Source: Selaginella moellendorffii (lineage: Eukaryota; Plantae; Lycopodiophyta). From it: 64,000 nucleotides of DNA. Each line of letters opens with the position of its first letter. Position 1 is the stretch's first letter. Location of the stretch: NCBI RefSeq assembly GCF_000143415.4, contig NW_003314454.1, positions 1 through 64,000 on the forward strand. The letters run 5' to 3'. The notes beneath the pieces are model-generated. The model worked only from the letters and a program-made list of their open reading frames with translations. It ran no database searches and had not been told where the DNA came from. Of the stretch, positions 1 to 13,200 are shown piece by piece. A program made the position numbers and the translations under genes.

Positions 1-503
1 GAGGTGTCTTGGAGGTGGTGGAGGTGACAAGCACTGTTGTTAGTAATAAGGTCACAAGTGAATTATTTCTTCCATTGTTAGTGCATGTGCTTAAGGATTG
101 GCCACTTGCACCACCATTTATGTCTGTTAAGAAGGAACAGCCCTGGGGTGATATGGGTGTTTTGCTTGCATCCACACTCACTTGGCAATTCCCAATATTT
201 GTTCCAGTTTTCACTAGATCAGAGACATCAAAGAACCCTCTACTATTTGTAGATGTTGAATGACGGTCTCCTGGACAAACTAGATTTACCTTGGCACCTA
301 CAAAAAATAACAAGATCAGAAGAATTCAGAAGATTCAATTCAGAAATTTTCTTACCCAAGATGCCATTATGAGAAAGTGAACCACAATTAGTACAATAGA
401 CATAGCCCTCCACTTTGATACTTGTGGTGGCATAACAAAAATGCTCATTTTTCAAAATGACTGCAAGTAATAAAAACAAGTAAAGGAATTTTTTGTTTTC
501 CAT
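1..503 (-). CDS. Pollen Ole e 1 / extensin-like secreted protein (3' end runs off window; possibly frameshifted)
   Basis: Exon 1 (503-356) gives a signal peptide plus VEGYVYCTNC..GILG. A GT-AG intron spans 355-298. Exon 2 gives AKVNLVC..TNSRGFF..NCQV..CSFLTDINGGASG, the Ole e 1 cysteine pattern. SPPPPP appears in another frame near position 1. Confidence 0.7.
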
Positions 504-1113
504 ACTTGCATGGTATTATGAGGTGAAAGAGCGCCCTTATATAATAAGTATAATAAGTATCTTGTGCTCTAAGTCAAAAAATCTATGGTAAAACTAATAA
601 GATGCTAGACTAATAACACTTTTTTCAAAACTAAAAATATTCAGTACTTTTAAATCATTTTTACTTAGAAAGATCAGAAAAATAAAACTTCATATCTAGG
701 TGAGCAATAATACAGGTTCCATGTCACGAATTTTGTCTAAGACATCTAAAAAAAAAAAATGATTATTGACATTAAATAAAAATATAAACAAATCTATAAT
801 CATGATTAAAACCAATAAATTATGATAATTAATATTTTCCAAATATTAGATAAGCACCCATGCTGGGCATCTGTGAGTTGTACCCACTTAGATGAAATGA
901 TTTCTGTGATAATACTGTTAGATCCCAAATCTCAAAGGGTTGTAACTTGTAGTCCTCGAACCTTTAACCTGATAAAATATTCTCCTCTGTCCGTGGCCAG
1001 TGGCATATGTGGGGCGGTCAACGATTCCAACGCCCAAGAACCAGGGAACTCTCACGTTCGTGCCCTAGCAGGGGATGGTTTCTTCGTCTTCCATCACTGC
1101 GCACCTTCCCGCA

Positions 1114-4100
1114 ATGCTCAAGAAATTGGGCGCCTCTGGCAGCTCGTGGAGACAGATCGCCGCTGTCATCGCCGTGGTGAGCGTTTTGTCCCTGACCCAG
1201 ATGCTGTTCGTGGAAATAGTGCCAATTCCATGGATTTCCACGCCAAAGATGCCGCTAAAATCCAGCCCAGTAGCAGCAGCAGTAGCGTACAGAGGAGCTC
1301 GCTGGAGAGCTCCGATCGGGCAGTGGCTGCGACAGTGTGATTTTTCCAAGGCCGCCATAAAAACCACAGAAGTAAGTGGTAGTTTTAGGTGGATCTCAAG
1401 GTACCGAGCTTTAAAGTCTTCCATTTTCATGGCTTCCAGAGATTGTTCGCAAAGTCGTGTGAGGAAGATTGCGGTGGTAATGGCGTCTGCAACCGTGAAC
1501 TTGGGACATGCCGTTGCTTTCATGGATTTAAAGGTACTTTAGTTGCTTTACTCTTTTGTTTGCATGGATCTTCGTTGTTTTAAGTTCTATCTCTTAGATC
1601 TAAGTTCTAGATCTAAGTTGTAGCCTAGCTTGAACTCTTTGTCTTTCTGAACTCCTAGCTTGAACCCTTTCTCTTTGTGAACTCCATGCCTCACAACGCC
1701 GAGAATTTCTTTCCTTGCGTCCAGGAAAGAGTTGCCAGGAGTTTGAGAACTTCGAGTGCAACAATCCTCCAGCGAAAGAATGGCCATTTGGGGAATGGAG
1801 AGTTTCCATCTGTCCTGCGTCCTGTGACAAGCGTCGATCGATGTGCTTTTGCGGAGAACAATCGCTCTATCCACAGCGCCCGGTTGCCGAATCGTGCGGT
1901 TTTTTTATCAAGTAAATGCAAGACACTGCTCTTTCGTAAGTTGATGAAACGTTTGAGGTTGTTCTAACTCTCTCTCTTTTCTCTTTTCCCTCGTTTGTAG
2001 CGACACCAAACCGGTTGATGAAGTGGACTGGGCAAAGACGGATTTTGAGATCGTCTATGCGAATGCGACCCAGAACAACAGCATTGGGTGGTGTAACGTG
2101 AAGCCCGAAGATCACTACAGTGGTAAAGTCAGGCTTAAGCCTCACTGTGACTGCAAATACGATTGCAGCTGGGGACTCCTTTGCGAGACTCCTACCGAGT
2201 GTAGCTGTGTGAATCAGTGCTCGGGACATGGAGTCTGCAGGGGTGGCTTCTGCCAGGTAAAAGAAAAGAAAAAAATCACAGTTTTTTTCAGTTTGATCTT
2301 AATTCTTTCTTCTTCAGTGTCAAAGTCAGTGGTTTGGAATCGACTGTAGCGTTCCATCAACTGATGTGCCTTCGATTTCTTGGCCGGATTGGCTTCGGCC
2401 CGCAACGTTAAGTGTCCCCCAACGCAGCTCGGAGAGTGATGATCAACAAGTTCAAGAAATTTCAGTGGAAAAGAGAAGGCCTCTCATTTATATCTACGAC
2501 TTACCAGCCGAGTATAATAGCCATCTTCTCGAGGTAACACTATGAACTCATGTTTGCTAGATTTCATCAAGTTTCTGTTTTCTCAGGGAAGACATTTTAA
2601 ATTCCAATGCGTGACTCGAGTTTACGATGGGGTGAATGCTACGTTTTGGAGCGAGTATCTCGAAGGAGCAGAGGTATAATTTCAGTATTTCTTCTTCTTC
2701 CGTTGTTCCTTTATGATCTTTCTTTTAACTTAGCACAGTTGGCATTCCTGGAAGGTCTTCTAGCAAGCCCGCACCGCACCATGAATGGCGACGAAGCGGA
2801 TTATTTCTTTGCTCCTGTGCTTGGAGCCTGTGCTATAACCCGCGCTGACGATGCTCCACATTTTAGCATGGAGGTATACGCCTTTGCGTCTTTAATTTTC
2901 TTTCTCCTACGTGCTTGCAATCTTTGTGCCAGAAACATATGGGACTCAGAGGCTATTTTTCTGGAGAGCTATACAAAAACGCATACATGCACATCAAGGA
3001 GCAATATCCATTTTGGAATCGTTCCTCCGGACGCGATCACATCTGGGTATGGTTTTTACGTTGTTTCTGTGGTTTTTCTCACTATCATCATCTCTTTGAA
3101 CTTCAGCTATTTCCATGGGATGAAGGTGCTTGCTCGGCACCAAAGGAGATATGGAACGGGACAATGCTGGTCCACTGGGGGAATACTAACTCAAAGCACA
3201 AGAAATCCACGACAGGCTACTTTGCTGATAGCTGGGATGATATCCCAAAAGAATGGAGGGGTGACCATCCTTGCTATGATCCCCTAAAGGACATTGTTCT
3301 TCCGGCATGGAAGAATCCAGATCCAAGGTCCGTCGCAGAGCGATTCTGGTCCAGGTAACAAGAAGCTCGGTTGCTCACAAAGTTTGTTTTCTTAACTCTG
3401 ATCCACAGGCCTCGAGAAGAGCGCAAAACACTCTTTTACTTCAATGGAAATCTTGGAAAGGGGTATGACTTCGGTCGACCCGAAGACAGGCAAGCACACT
3501 CTTAGAGGTCGAGAGAAAGAAAAAACCATTTTTATGCAGATATAGCATGGGAATTCGCCAAAGAGTGGCCGAGGAGTTTGGATCCACTCCAAACAATCAC
3601 GGAAAACTGGGAAGACAAGCAGCTCCGGACGTGGTGGTGACACCACAGCGGAGTGACGACTATGCCAAAGAGCTGTCGAGTTCTCGGTTTTGTGGAGTTT
3701 TTCCTGGCGATGGATGGAGTGGTCGCATGGAAGACGCAGTTCTCCACGGATGTATTCCAGTGATCATCCAGGCAAGCAAAAACTTTAGCTGCAAGTGGTT
3801 TAATCTATCTCTTCTTTCTAATGCTAATGCAGGATGGCATTCATCTCCCTTACGAGAGTTTGCTCGATTATGAGAGCTTCACGGTTCGCGTAGCGGAAGA
3901 CAAGATCCCGGAACTTATCACGATCTTGAGAGTATGAAAGCTTTCATCTTTGTTCTAATTCTTTCTTTCGTTTTTTTTTGTTTTGTTTTGTTTTTTCTTT
4001 TTCTTTTTGCGTAGAACATCAGCAATGCCGAGGTAGAATCGAAGCTGGAAGCCGTGAGAGGACTGTGGCAGCGGTTTGTGTACCGCGATGCGATCTTGCT

Positions 4101-4367
4101 AGAGGCAAGGAGGCAAAAGAAGGATTGGAATCACTACCAGGATTGGGCTCAGCAATACGAGACGTTGCTCGAAGACGATGTCTTTGCAACAGTGATACAA
4201 GTAAGTATCACAAACAACAGTGACACAAACTCTCAGCTAAAGTTTTGTCTTTTTTGGTTTCCTCTCTCCAGGCATTGCATTACAAGCTTCACAACGATCC
4301 ATGGCGAGCAAAGCTCCCGAAAAGAGAGTGGGGAATCCCACCAAGTTGCGGTATCAATCGCGCGTGA
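1114..4367 (+). CDS. Exostosin-family (GT47) glycosyltransferase with N-terminal EGF-like repeats, multi-exon, apparently intact
   Basis: N-terminal TM anchor; EGF repeats (CEEDCGGNGVCNRELGTCRCFHG, CVNQCSGHGVCRGGFCQC); GT47 motifs RPLIYIYDLP, RTMNGDEADYFFAP, FWNRSSGRDHIW, RFCGVFPGDGWSGRMEDAVLHGCIPVIIQD. Ends ALHYKLHNDPWR..GINRA* (TGA 4365-4367). Short introns with splice consensus restore the frame. Confidence 0.92.
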
Positions 4368-4429
4368 CAAACTTTTTTTGTTCTCTCAGAGAAGACCCAA
4401 AGAAGGAATTTTATGTCTTTAGGGCTTCT

Positions 4430-4805
4430 ATGTTCTTCGATCTTAATGTTTGCGGCGATGGCAGCCGAGGCGGGAGGCGCTGGCCATAGCTGGGATGCAC
4501 CGGCGTCGCCATTCCTCACATTGTCAAGGCCGTGATGCACGAGTCGGTCCTCGCGGCATTGCCTGAGTCTCCAACAAGATCCCATTCCGGCAGTACTCGA
4601 GAATCAGCGTCATGGTCCTTCCACTCCCGTGATTCAATTTTATGATGTGGTTGCTATCCAGCCGATGAACCAGCAAGCGTTTGCTCAAGCTTGCACGACC
4701 ATGGAGGTAAGAACGAGAATTTTAGATCTCTCTTCTATTGCTTTGTCTCTTGGTTGATGTGATAAGCTTGAAGAAGTTGTCTTTGAGGATCAAATTTTCT
4801 GCCTT
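4430..4805 (+). pseudogene. RPP30: RNase P/MRP subunit p30 pseudogene (5' part)
   Basis: Motifs in the correct order: MFFDLNV, *LGCTGVAIPHIVKAVM (GAG>TAG in ELGY-like motif), PFRQYSRISVMV, FYDVVAIQPMNQQAFAQACTTME|intron|VDVISL. Contains stops, frameshifts, deletions and a mutated acceptor. Confidence 0.8.
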
Positions 4806-6365
4806 GACATATAGCCTTTCTTAGTCAATTTACTAACATTTGCCCAGCATATGCTGTGTAATTAGCAAAATACTGTTTTGATTTTTTAATATATTAAAAA
4901 CTAAATTAGAATAGTATTAAAACAACAAATATTATATTCCACTTTGATTGAAAGAATTATGCTTAGAAAATGTTAGATGAATAAAAAAATAAATTCTTGT
5001 AAACTTGATAATATAACTATTTAGAACAAAATATATTCCTAGGCATAAGTAAGATAAAATATTCATTCATAAGAATATTATATACAAATTATTATTTGAA
5101 AATATGAATATATTTAGAAAAAAATTGACAAATAAAAAAGTAAAAACAAATAAAAAAGAATAATTACTGCAAGACATTAATTAATTATAAGTTTTACTCA
5201 AAATATAAAACAATAAGGTTTTAGGAACATCAATATATTACTACCCAGATCCAATAAAAAAATTAATTATTTGTAAATATAAATAATAAATTCAAATCTT
5301 ATATTCCACAGTATTATATACTAATAAATTAGTAAAACTATTTTAAAATATTATTGTTTAATCAAGTACTACATACATTATCATAGTTTTTCTGACAATT
5401 ATAAATAACTAAGGCTACATATAAAAATATAATATGTACTTTTATTGTTAAAGCCCCCCACAGTTGTGATTTAGCCAAAAAATGATGTCTGTTTGAGAGA
5501 AACCCTAATCATCTAGTAATAAACCTTACTTTTTAACTTCTAATATGGTTTCAACATTTTGATCTTTTGCACTTTTGATCTAATGTGGTCTAAAAGTAAA
5601 GTGGCTACTTTTGAGTGAGGATAGGCAGATGCCTGTGCAAAATGCCTGTGAAAAATTAAGTTAGATATGTGCGGTTCATGAGATTTGGGGAGTTCTCATC
5701 ATGACTTATTTTTCACTCTTTGTTTTCAAGTAACGAACTTTGAACTACAGTCTATATTGCGGTGGGGGGGAGGCAGGGTTTCACTGTGAGCTAGTTCAAC
5801 TTGGAATTTTTCTCACACCTCTTACTGCCATTTTCATCAGGATATACAGCAAAAAATAGTTTGGGAGATACAAAGTGTCTCCTTATTAACTGGAACTGGT
5901 TTCATTGGAATTCTTTGCAGGTTAAGACACTTTTTCAACCGATTGTGTCTAAAATGCCCATGCCTCACGCTGTTCTTGAGTCACTAAAAGACATCAACAT
6001 TTGATGCGGGAGACATCTAATGGGAAAATGTTCTCGATCTTCAGCTGCATGCTCAAGTTCCTCTGGGAGCTCACCGCCATCCGGACTTCGAGAGCCCCGG
6101 CTGGTAGTGACGGACATAGTGAATGCGTCCAAAGTGTATTCCAGCTTCTTATCTTCAGTGGGAGCATCAGCAGATGATGACGATGAGAGGCAAATGATCG
6201 TTGTGGATGGCTGGCTGGAGTTTGAGGCCGCAGCTTGAATCGCTGTGCACATCAAGGAGAGTGGACGCGCTGCTGCTGGAAAAGACCGATGGCTTCTAGT
6301 GTGGTAAGAAAAAGTTCCATGTAACTGATTCGGTTTCCTTTTGTTAGAGCTATGGCCCCAGTGAC

Positions 6366-6824
6366 TCATGAAACTTTCCTGTAGAGATTTTGGAAGCCAC
6401 TTCCAATGCACGTAAGTAGAACCGTGCCTGTCACTGGGTTAGGCTTGATACTAAACTGCACTCCCAGGAATTCTTTGATGTGTTGCAGCGTCTTGATACT
6501 GTAAGAAGAGAGCTTACCAACCCTGACTTTGGAAACATCTTCCAGGCACAGAGCACAGAGGATGAACAGCAAACCCTGTATGGCAAACAGGAAAGTTTGT
6601 GAGATCGCCTTCTTTCCTTTCCAGCTTCACAGATAGATACCTGGTGAGTTGAATTTACAACTCCTCCCAGCTTTATTTCCTGTAGCAAGGACATGGCTGC
6701 TTGCGTCCCCAGGTCCTCTGGAAGCTGGAGCTCGGATGCTTCTGAATGCGTAGCCGCGCTCTCGGAGCTTAAAATGCAGCCGGTGGTCGTTTCTGCCACC
6801 AGTGAGATCCCATAGCCCGGAGAT
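6366..6824 (-). pseudogene. RCL1: RNA 3'-terminal phosphate cyclase-like protein, last two exons only (6824-6641, 6575-6366)
   Basis: SPGYGISLVAETTTG..PEDLG..LLQEIKLGGVVNSTHQ|GLLFILCAL..DVSKVRVGKLS..TLQHIKEFLGVQF..VLLTCIGSGFQNLYRKVS*. No upstream exons are recognisable because transposon-like DNA begins at ~6900. Confidence 0.8.
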
Positions 6825-6899
6825 CTGTGCCATGACAAAGGAAGCAAGATGAAAAAAGTTTACTTTGCAGCACAAAATCAGTTTAGAATATCTTTTGTA

Positions 6900-9075
6900 T
6901 ATAAGCTAGGGTTTTTGGGCTGATTGATATGCACATTTTTTGTATTCCCTTTCCATATTTCTTTTGTTCTTTTATGTTCTCATCTCTATTTGTTTGTCAC
7001 TGTTTTGTAGGTAGAGGTGAGAACGAGAGTACAAGCAGAAAAGACCTTACTCACTTTTGGCAACCACGGTGGGATAAACCATCATTCTTTGACTTAAAAA
7101 ATAGTTGGGAGAAAATCATTTGTGAATTTTAAATGTGCTCAGCACTAAAAATCACAAGTAGATCTCTTTAGTGATTACAAAGGTCCTTAGCCCAGATAAC
7201 ACTAAATAAAGAAGCTCTTTTTGAGATTGTAATGGCTTAGTGCCCAGACAATGCAAAAAAAATAGTTTTTCAACCATCACCTAATCCACAGAGTATGAGA
7301 TGAGTTTGAAATTAAAGTTCAACATACATTGCTAAGAAACTCAAAGTCAAATTGTTTAACTAACAATTTCTTGAGAAAAATCCAAAAGAACAAGGAATGG
7401 AATTTATTTGATGTGAAAAACATAATTAATTACTTTAGAATGCTTTCCTTATGAGCAAGTTTTTACTAGAGGACACATTTTTCAGTGGCGTGTTACAATT
7501 TTTTTAAGCATATATAAGCAGGAAAATTGGGTACTTATAACTCTTGTTTTCGACTCTAGCTTAAAGAGAGCTAAAGCCAGCCTTAGTGAAGAATAAATTG
7601 GAGAATTATTCACCTAAATCTTATGAGACATTAACAAAGGTAGAATCACAATTAGAACATTATGTTGTCTTAAGGCTTTGATCCAAAGTCCTTTAGCTTT
7701 GACTACTACTCAAACAAGTAGATTTGTCCCGAGTTTAAATCTCCTATGCATATTACAAGATATTATGAGACTCGAACAAGACTCACAAGTCAAAAATTTG
7801 GAAACAGTTATCACAAACTGCTTTAACCGTTCAAACTGTTTTATGCTTAGTACACCTAGACAAATTAATCAAGGCTCATCTTTTATACATAGAGAGCTTA
7901 CAAACACTACTTAGTGTGAAAGGTGTCACTTGTTTATAGATTTTGAGGGCACTCACATCATATCTAACTCATAGGGAGGAATCAAGGGCAATCACATGAA
8001 ACATGCTTTATATCCCCTAAAATAAGGCATAGACAAAAAGCACATATACAAGTGAATAGGCGTGATAATCCACTTATCAAACTAGTTGAGCAACACTCAA
8101 TTGTTTGGGGAAATACTCATTACTTTAAGTGTGAAACACCTTTTGCAAGGTGTGAACCACCCTTTGTAAGATGTAATCTATAGGTGTACATACCTCCTCA
8201 TAAGAGAAAATTCCTATTTAGTGAATATTTTTCACATAAGCAAAATTATACAACTACTCCAGTAAGAGTTGTAGCTCAATTTCCGCTTATGTTTGGAACA
8301 TATAAATCACCCCGTGTGTAAATTGAGCTTTTGTTAGATGAAGCTGTTGAGAAGCTTCACACTATAAATGTGGAACAAGGAGTTGTAGAGGTTGCTACTA
8401 AACATAAATGTCAGTCTTGAAAACATTGCTACTGTCACTTTGATATTTAAAGAACTAAAACAAGTTTAGATATATTAGAAAAGAGTTTTGTGTAAAAAGG
8501 TGAAACAACCTTAAACACTCCTAAAAATTCAAAAATATATTGCAAAACTCAAAAATTTATTATACAAACTTGAGCAAAGACTTGTATTGACCATAACCGC
8601 CCATTAACAAAGAGGCTAGAGAAAAATTTGCCTTGGAAAACATCTTTTATCTCGATCTAAAGCAAAGTCTTTTACAAATTAGGTATCATATTTTTAGAAA
8701 GCTACCTAACGTCATTCCACAAGCAAATTGATCTATAATAGGCTATCATGTACTAGACAATTTGATTTTTATGTTGATTCCACAGGGCAATTTCATGGAT
8801 TGGTCTTCACACCCTGTTCAAATTAGTCCATAGTGTTGATCCAGTTTACCTAAAATTTACCAAGAGCAATAAGCCACTCTTTTTAATTCCACAGTTATAA
8901 GGGCAAAATTGACTATAAGCTAAAGGGTAAGACCCACTGTGAAGCAGACAAGCTACTTTGGAATTGGTTATCATGCATCAAAGTCTTGCATTAAATTAAT
9001 CTTAACCACACTAAATACGGGTAGAAAGAAAAGGACTTCTTGCACACCTAGGTGGAGAGATTAAAGATTGATGAC
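6900..9075 (+). other. Decayed A-rich ORF-like region of unknown identity; continues at 16373-17800 beyond the LTR element; probably the 5' part of the old Gypsy element
   Basis: Long near-open frames interrupted by stops. It is contiguous with 16373+ through the ATGAC TSD and leads into the gag remnant. No family motif recognised. Confidence 0.3.
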
Positions 9076-10222
9076 TGTCGCACATGTGACTTCGGGTATC
9101 GAAAGTTACCTGTCGACCAGTCCTTACAGACACTCTTACCTTACTGCCACGATGGCAGGAGGTCGGTATTGTTGAACCCTTTATCAGCCCCTCTTGTTCA
9201 AGTGTTAGTAAACTGGACTTTGCATCTGTACTTGGCCGGATGAGCATAAGGACGGAATTCCTAAGTGTCTATTCAGCCAAGCATACTTGGCCTGGATTTT
9301 TTGTTCTCTTTTGCTTTGTCTTGCACTGGCTTGACAAGAACCCTCGCGTATTGAGATTGGTCCCTCAATATCGCTACATGATAGCTTACCGTGTCTGCCA
9401 AACACCCTCACTATCATGCCCTTTGTGTTAGTCTCAATTCGGTCTCAAATGCTATTTATGGAAAGTGTCCAGATTTGCTCATTTGGCATATCTACGGAAT
9501 GTAGAGATCGTCCTGAACACAATGGTGTTCGTCCCGTGTCCAAATTCGCAATCTAGGGACATTCCATATTTAGTAAGTTTCGAGCTTGTCCCAGAGACTA
9601 ACTCCTGATACTAAGGGAGGCTTGGGGTGAAAGCCCAAAGCGTGTGTTCCTCAAGGGGGGGGGGCTGTGGGGGGTTCCAAATGTATAGTAGGGATAGTGG
9701 GTAGGTCGGGCATGGCCGACCAACCTGAGGCATAGTCTAGCTCCCGCTTGCGTGCCTGTCCTTGTTCTGCGTCCGGCTTGGGTCTAAGCCCAAGTTCCAT
9801 TCCATGCTAGTTGGTGGGGTACCCATATCCTTGCGTTAGGCCACCGGTATGCCGAAATAGCGTCAGACTCCGTTTGGCTCCGTTTTGCGTGCTGGTCCTG
9901 GCATTGGGATACTGGTTGCTCCAGGACTGTTCCAAGTCGCTCCGGGCTCCTGTCCCTTCGCTCCTTGGGCTTCATGCTCGGGAGTTGCTCCATGGTTCGG
10001 TTCTATCACTCCTTGGCTCCATGCTTGGGAGTTTGGCACCGTTCCTTTGTTCAGTGGCCCAAGGCCCTGAACCTCGGGTTCCTATGGACACGTGGTATGG
10101 ACACGTGGCATGTGACACGTGGCATCTGTCACGTGGCACAAAGAGGGTTTAGGTTCCACTTTGTGGTGTTATCCTATGGTAAATCACCATAGGATAAAGG
10201 GTCAAAAACCACATGCACTACA
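9076..10222 (+). repeat. 5' LTR of element A (1147 bp)
   Basis: TGTCG...CTACA; direct repeat of 15220-16367. Confidence 0.95.
10086..10140 (+). promoter_or_regulatory. Cluster of four CACGTGG (G-box/ABRE-like) motifs in the LTR
   Basis: GGACACGTGGTATGGACACGTGGCATGTGACACGTGGCATCTGTCACGTGGCACA; retained, with some CpG decay, in the other LTR copies. Confidence 0.55.
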
Positions 10223-13200
10223 TTTGGTATCAGAGGATGAGTCTCAGCGAGTACTATACAATGGGATTGGGCAACTAGTCTTGTTGCATACACAGAGATG
10301 AAAACGATGATCCGAGTGGGTACACGTTTGGTGCAAAGGGTTCGCAATTGTTCCTTAGGTATGGATTTGGTTACCTTGTTGTACCTTATGATGTGAGCTT
10401 GCTCTTGGGTTCATAAGATGGATGTGACATGTTCCGTATGCACAAGTTTGAGCTTGAGTGAGGCACATTAGCAACTCAAGGTTACGCTTTGAGTTGGCAG
10501 GATTAATGTTAGCCTATTAGTCGTTCCATGAGTTGTTCCAATGGTTCTATAAGTTGTTCCATGTACCGTGGGTAAAAGCAAACCTTCCCTGAGTTTGCTA
10601 TGAGTGGCAAATAGGCTGGTCCGTAGCTGTTTAGCACGGCACTAGTGGATCCTTCCTAGGCATGATTATAAGTGGATCAATCAAGACTATAGGGATTAGT
10701 CTATTGGTTCAAGTAATCATTGCTGTGCTCTCTCATAAACTTTTCTTGGATTGGACTGAAGGCAGTGCGAAAGCAAGCTTGAGGTGTAGTCAAAAGATAG
10801 GACCGAAAAGAGAGTCATCGGGGACGAAGGATCAAACACGTAAATCATCTTTTCTTCTTGGAAAGATGATTTGCAACGAAGTGTTAACTCATTGCTCGTG
10901 TTCACATCATGCAATCAAGAGTCCCTACTTTGATGCATCTTGGAGATGATGGTCTTACAAATGGCGAGTTATGGGATGGATAGCAGTGAAGCGCTATACC
11001 GTTTTGTCTAGGCTTGCTATTGAAAGACTTGAGTTACTATGCTCAATTCTTTTTCCGGGAACCTTGCTATTGTTCCTTGAGTAGCTTGGTTGGATTAGTT
11101 TTGAGTTTGGTCGGAAAAAGAGTGGCATGTGCTTATCCATGTTGTGAACAAAAGTTAGTGGTGTCGGGTGTTGTTAATCTCTATTGGTGGAGTGTGGCAT
11201 TTATGTTGCATTTTGTCAAATCGAGTTGACACTTGATAGTCACATAAACTTTTGAAGTAATGACATGGGTGTTGCTCATGGTGTTTCTCAATTGATGATC
11301 AAGTCATTGTGATTTCCATATCATATCCATGTGATAATGAGCAATGTGTTTACGAAGTTGCTTGGTTAAACGATGATCAACCCCAAAGTGGTTGATAGTG
11401 AAGCTAATCTACTTGCACGTAGTAGCATTGTAGTAGCTTTGACTAGATTCTCAATGGTGGTCCATTATGCTAAACTTGAGTTGGTACCTTGTTTCCTTGA
11501 GGGTTTGCCCATAAGGTGTTGGAAAGGGTTATAGCATTCACTTGCTATGGCTTGTCAGTTGATCTGTTAGCACTTGGAGTAGATTGTTGGATGGAGAAAG
11601 TGTGTAGTTAAGGCATTAACATCACTAACACTTGTGTTAGTGGAAGTGGCATTATTGTTATTTCGAGTGATGAGGAATTTTCCTTGAGCTTGATTTTCCA
11701 TGTCATTTCTTTTGTTAGTGTTTTAGCTTCACATTGAATCTTGAAGGTGGTTGAAGAAGAGTGTTAAGTGCAATGTGAATATCCGAAGATGTGGTCTTCG
11801 TGATCAAGCCTTGGATGTTCACTTTGCATTTGCGGATGTTAGTGTTGGATGTTAGAAGTATGGGCAAAAAGATGTTCGAGGCTTAAGCATACTATGGGTC
11901 ATGAGAATTTGTGTTGAGGTGAACCTATGTGAAGTTGTTAGTAGGAGGAAGTTGGTTGAGTCTTGAAAGTTTGTATTCCTGGACTGAGAGTCATTCTTTC
12001 TCTAGGATGGAAAATTTTTCACAAATTTCCTTAGATTTTTCCAATGGCTGATCTGTTGGTCACTTTGTTCGAAAACCATTCCGTTTTCGTAGGCCAACAC
12101 AAACTAGTGAAGGGGTTGGAATTGACTTCGGTTGGCTTAGATCTTAGTAGGTAGTTTGTATGATGCAGCCCGAAAGGGATGCTAACTTTTGGGGCTAAAG
12201 CAATTGAGTTGGATAGAGTCTAGAGTTGATGTAGAAAAGTGGCCGTTGCGCTTTTCTAAAAAGGGTGACCTTTGTGCCTTTCTTTTATAGCGTTATGCTT
12301 GGTGGCAGGCTGCACTTTGCATTTCGTTAGACTCTATGAGAGTAGTGAGCTCTCACTGATCTTGACTTAGTCTGGGTGGCCTTGCGCCTTGGCTGAGGAT
12401 GGTGATGTTCAACTTAGTTGTTTGAGTTTGAGATGTTGGTACCCATACTATAGCTTTGTCTATAAGGAGGTTGTGTACCGATATGAGTTCATCTCATGGT
12501 CTTCACTTTAGTTTTGACTGAGTGTTGATCATGCATAGCTAGCCTCTTCAAGGCATGCTCAGAGCTAGTGGCTAAATGCATTGGTGAGCTTATCGTGGTT
12601 GAGTTGGATTCGAGTGGTCATTTGGTTTGTGCTTGCCTATGAACTTTTATCTCATACCAGGGGCATTACGTTCATGTTGGACAAGTGTGTGACTCGATGA
12701 CGTGAGTTTAGTGTTTGGGTCTTGTGAAGGCAAGTTGAAAGAGTGATTGTTAGTTGCTTTGCGACTAATGATTGCTTGTAGACTTTGTCAAGGGCTTTTG
12801 ACACTTGCTTCACTCGATAAAGATTTAACAGTGATGGGCTTGCTTTACCGGATGGTGTTGCGGAGGATCGTGTCGTTAGACTTACATAGGTTTTCCATGT
12901 TGACATATTGATTCTACCTCTATCGATATCATTTGGTTACATTTAGTTCATAGTGTTGGATTTCATTGAGTCTTGGACGTGGTGATTCACTCCTTGAGGA
13001 AGTGTTATCTGTAACTGAGTTTTGCTAAAGGATTGGTCTTAGATACAAATTACAGTATCTTCAACCTTGGTTAGCTTGGTTGCTAGAGAGCTTTGAGTGG
13101 TGATACACTCATGCTTTCTTCTAGCTTTGTTCTAGTGTTGATGGCATTGAAGTGATGCCTTGTCGTTGACATTGTTGATATTGAGATTTCAGTGGGATGA

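Noticed and set aside
1587-1700. Short tandem duplications in exostosin intron 2, and a 19-bp duplication at ~33203-33240
   Set aside because: Ordinary local slippage with no element ends or TSD.
5965-6411. 148-aa minus-strand and 72-aa plus-strand ORFs downstream of RCL1
   Set aside because: No recognisable domain in any frame; may be a gene relic but cannot be supported.
9784-10301. Recurrent 60-113 aa ORFs (also at ~16.0, 33.5, 35.0, 40.1 and 49.1 kb)
   Set aside because: They recur only because they lie in the GC-rich part of the repeated LTR, and have no protein motifs.
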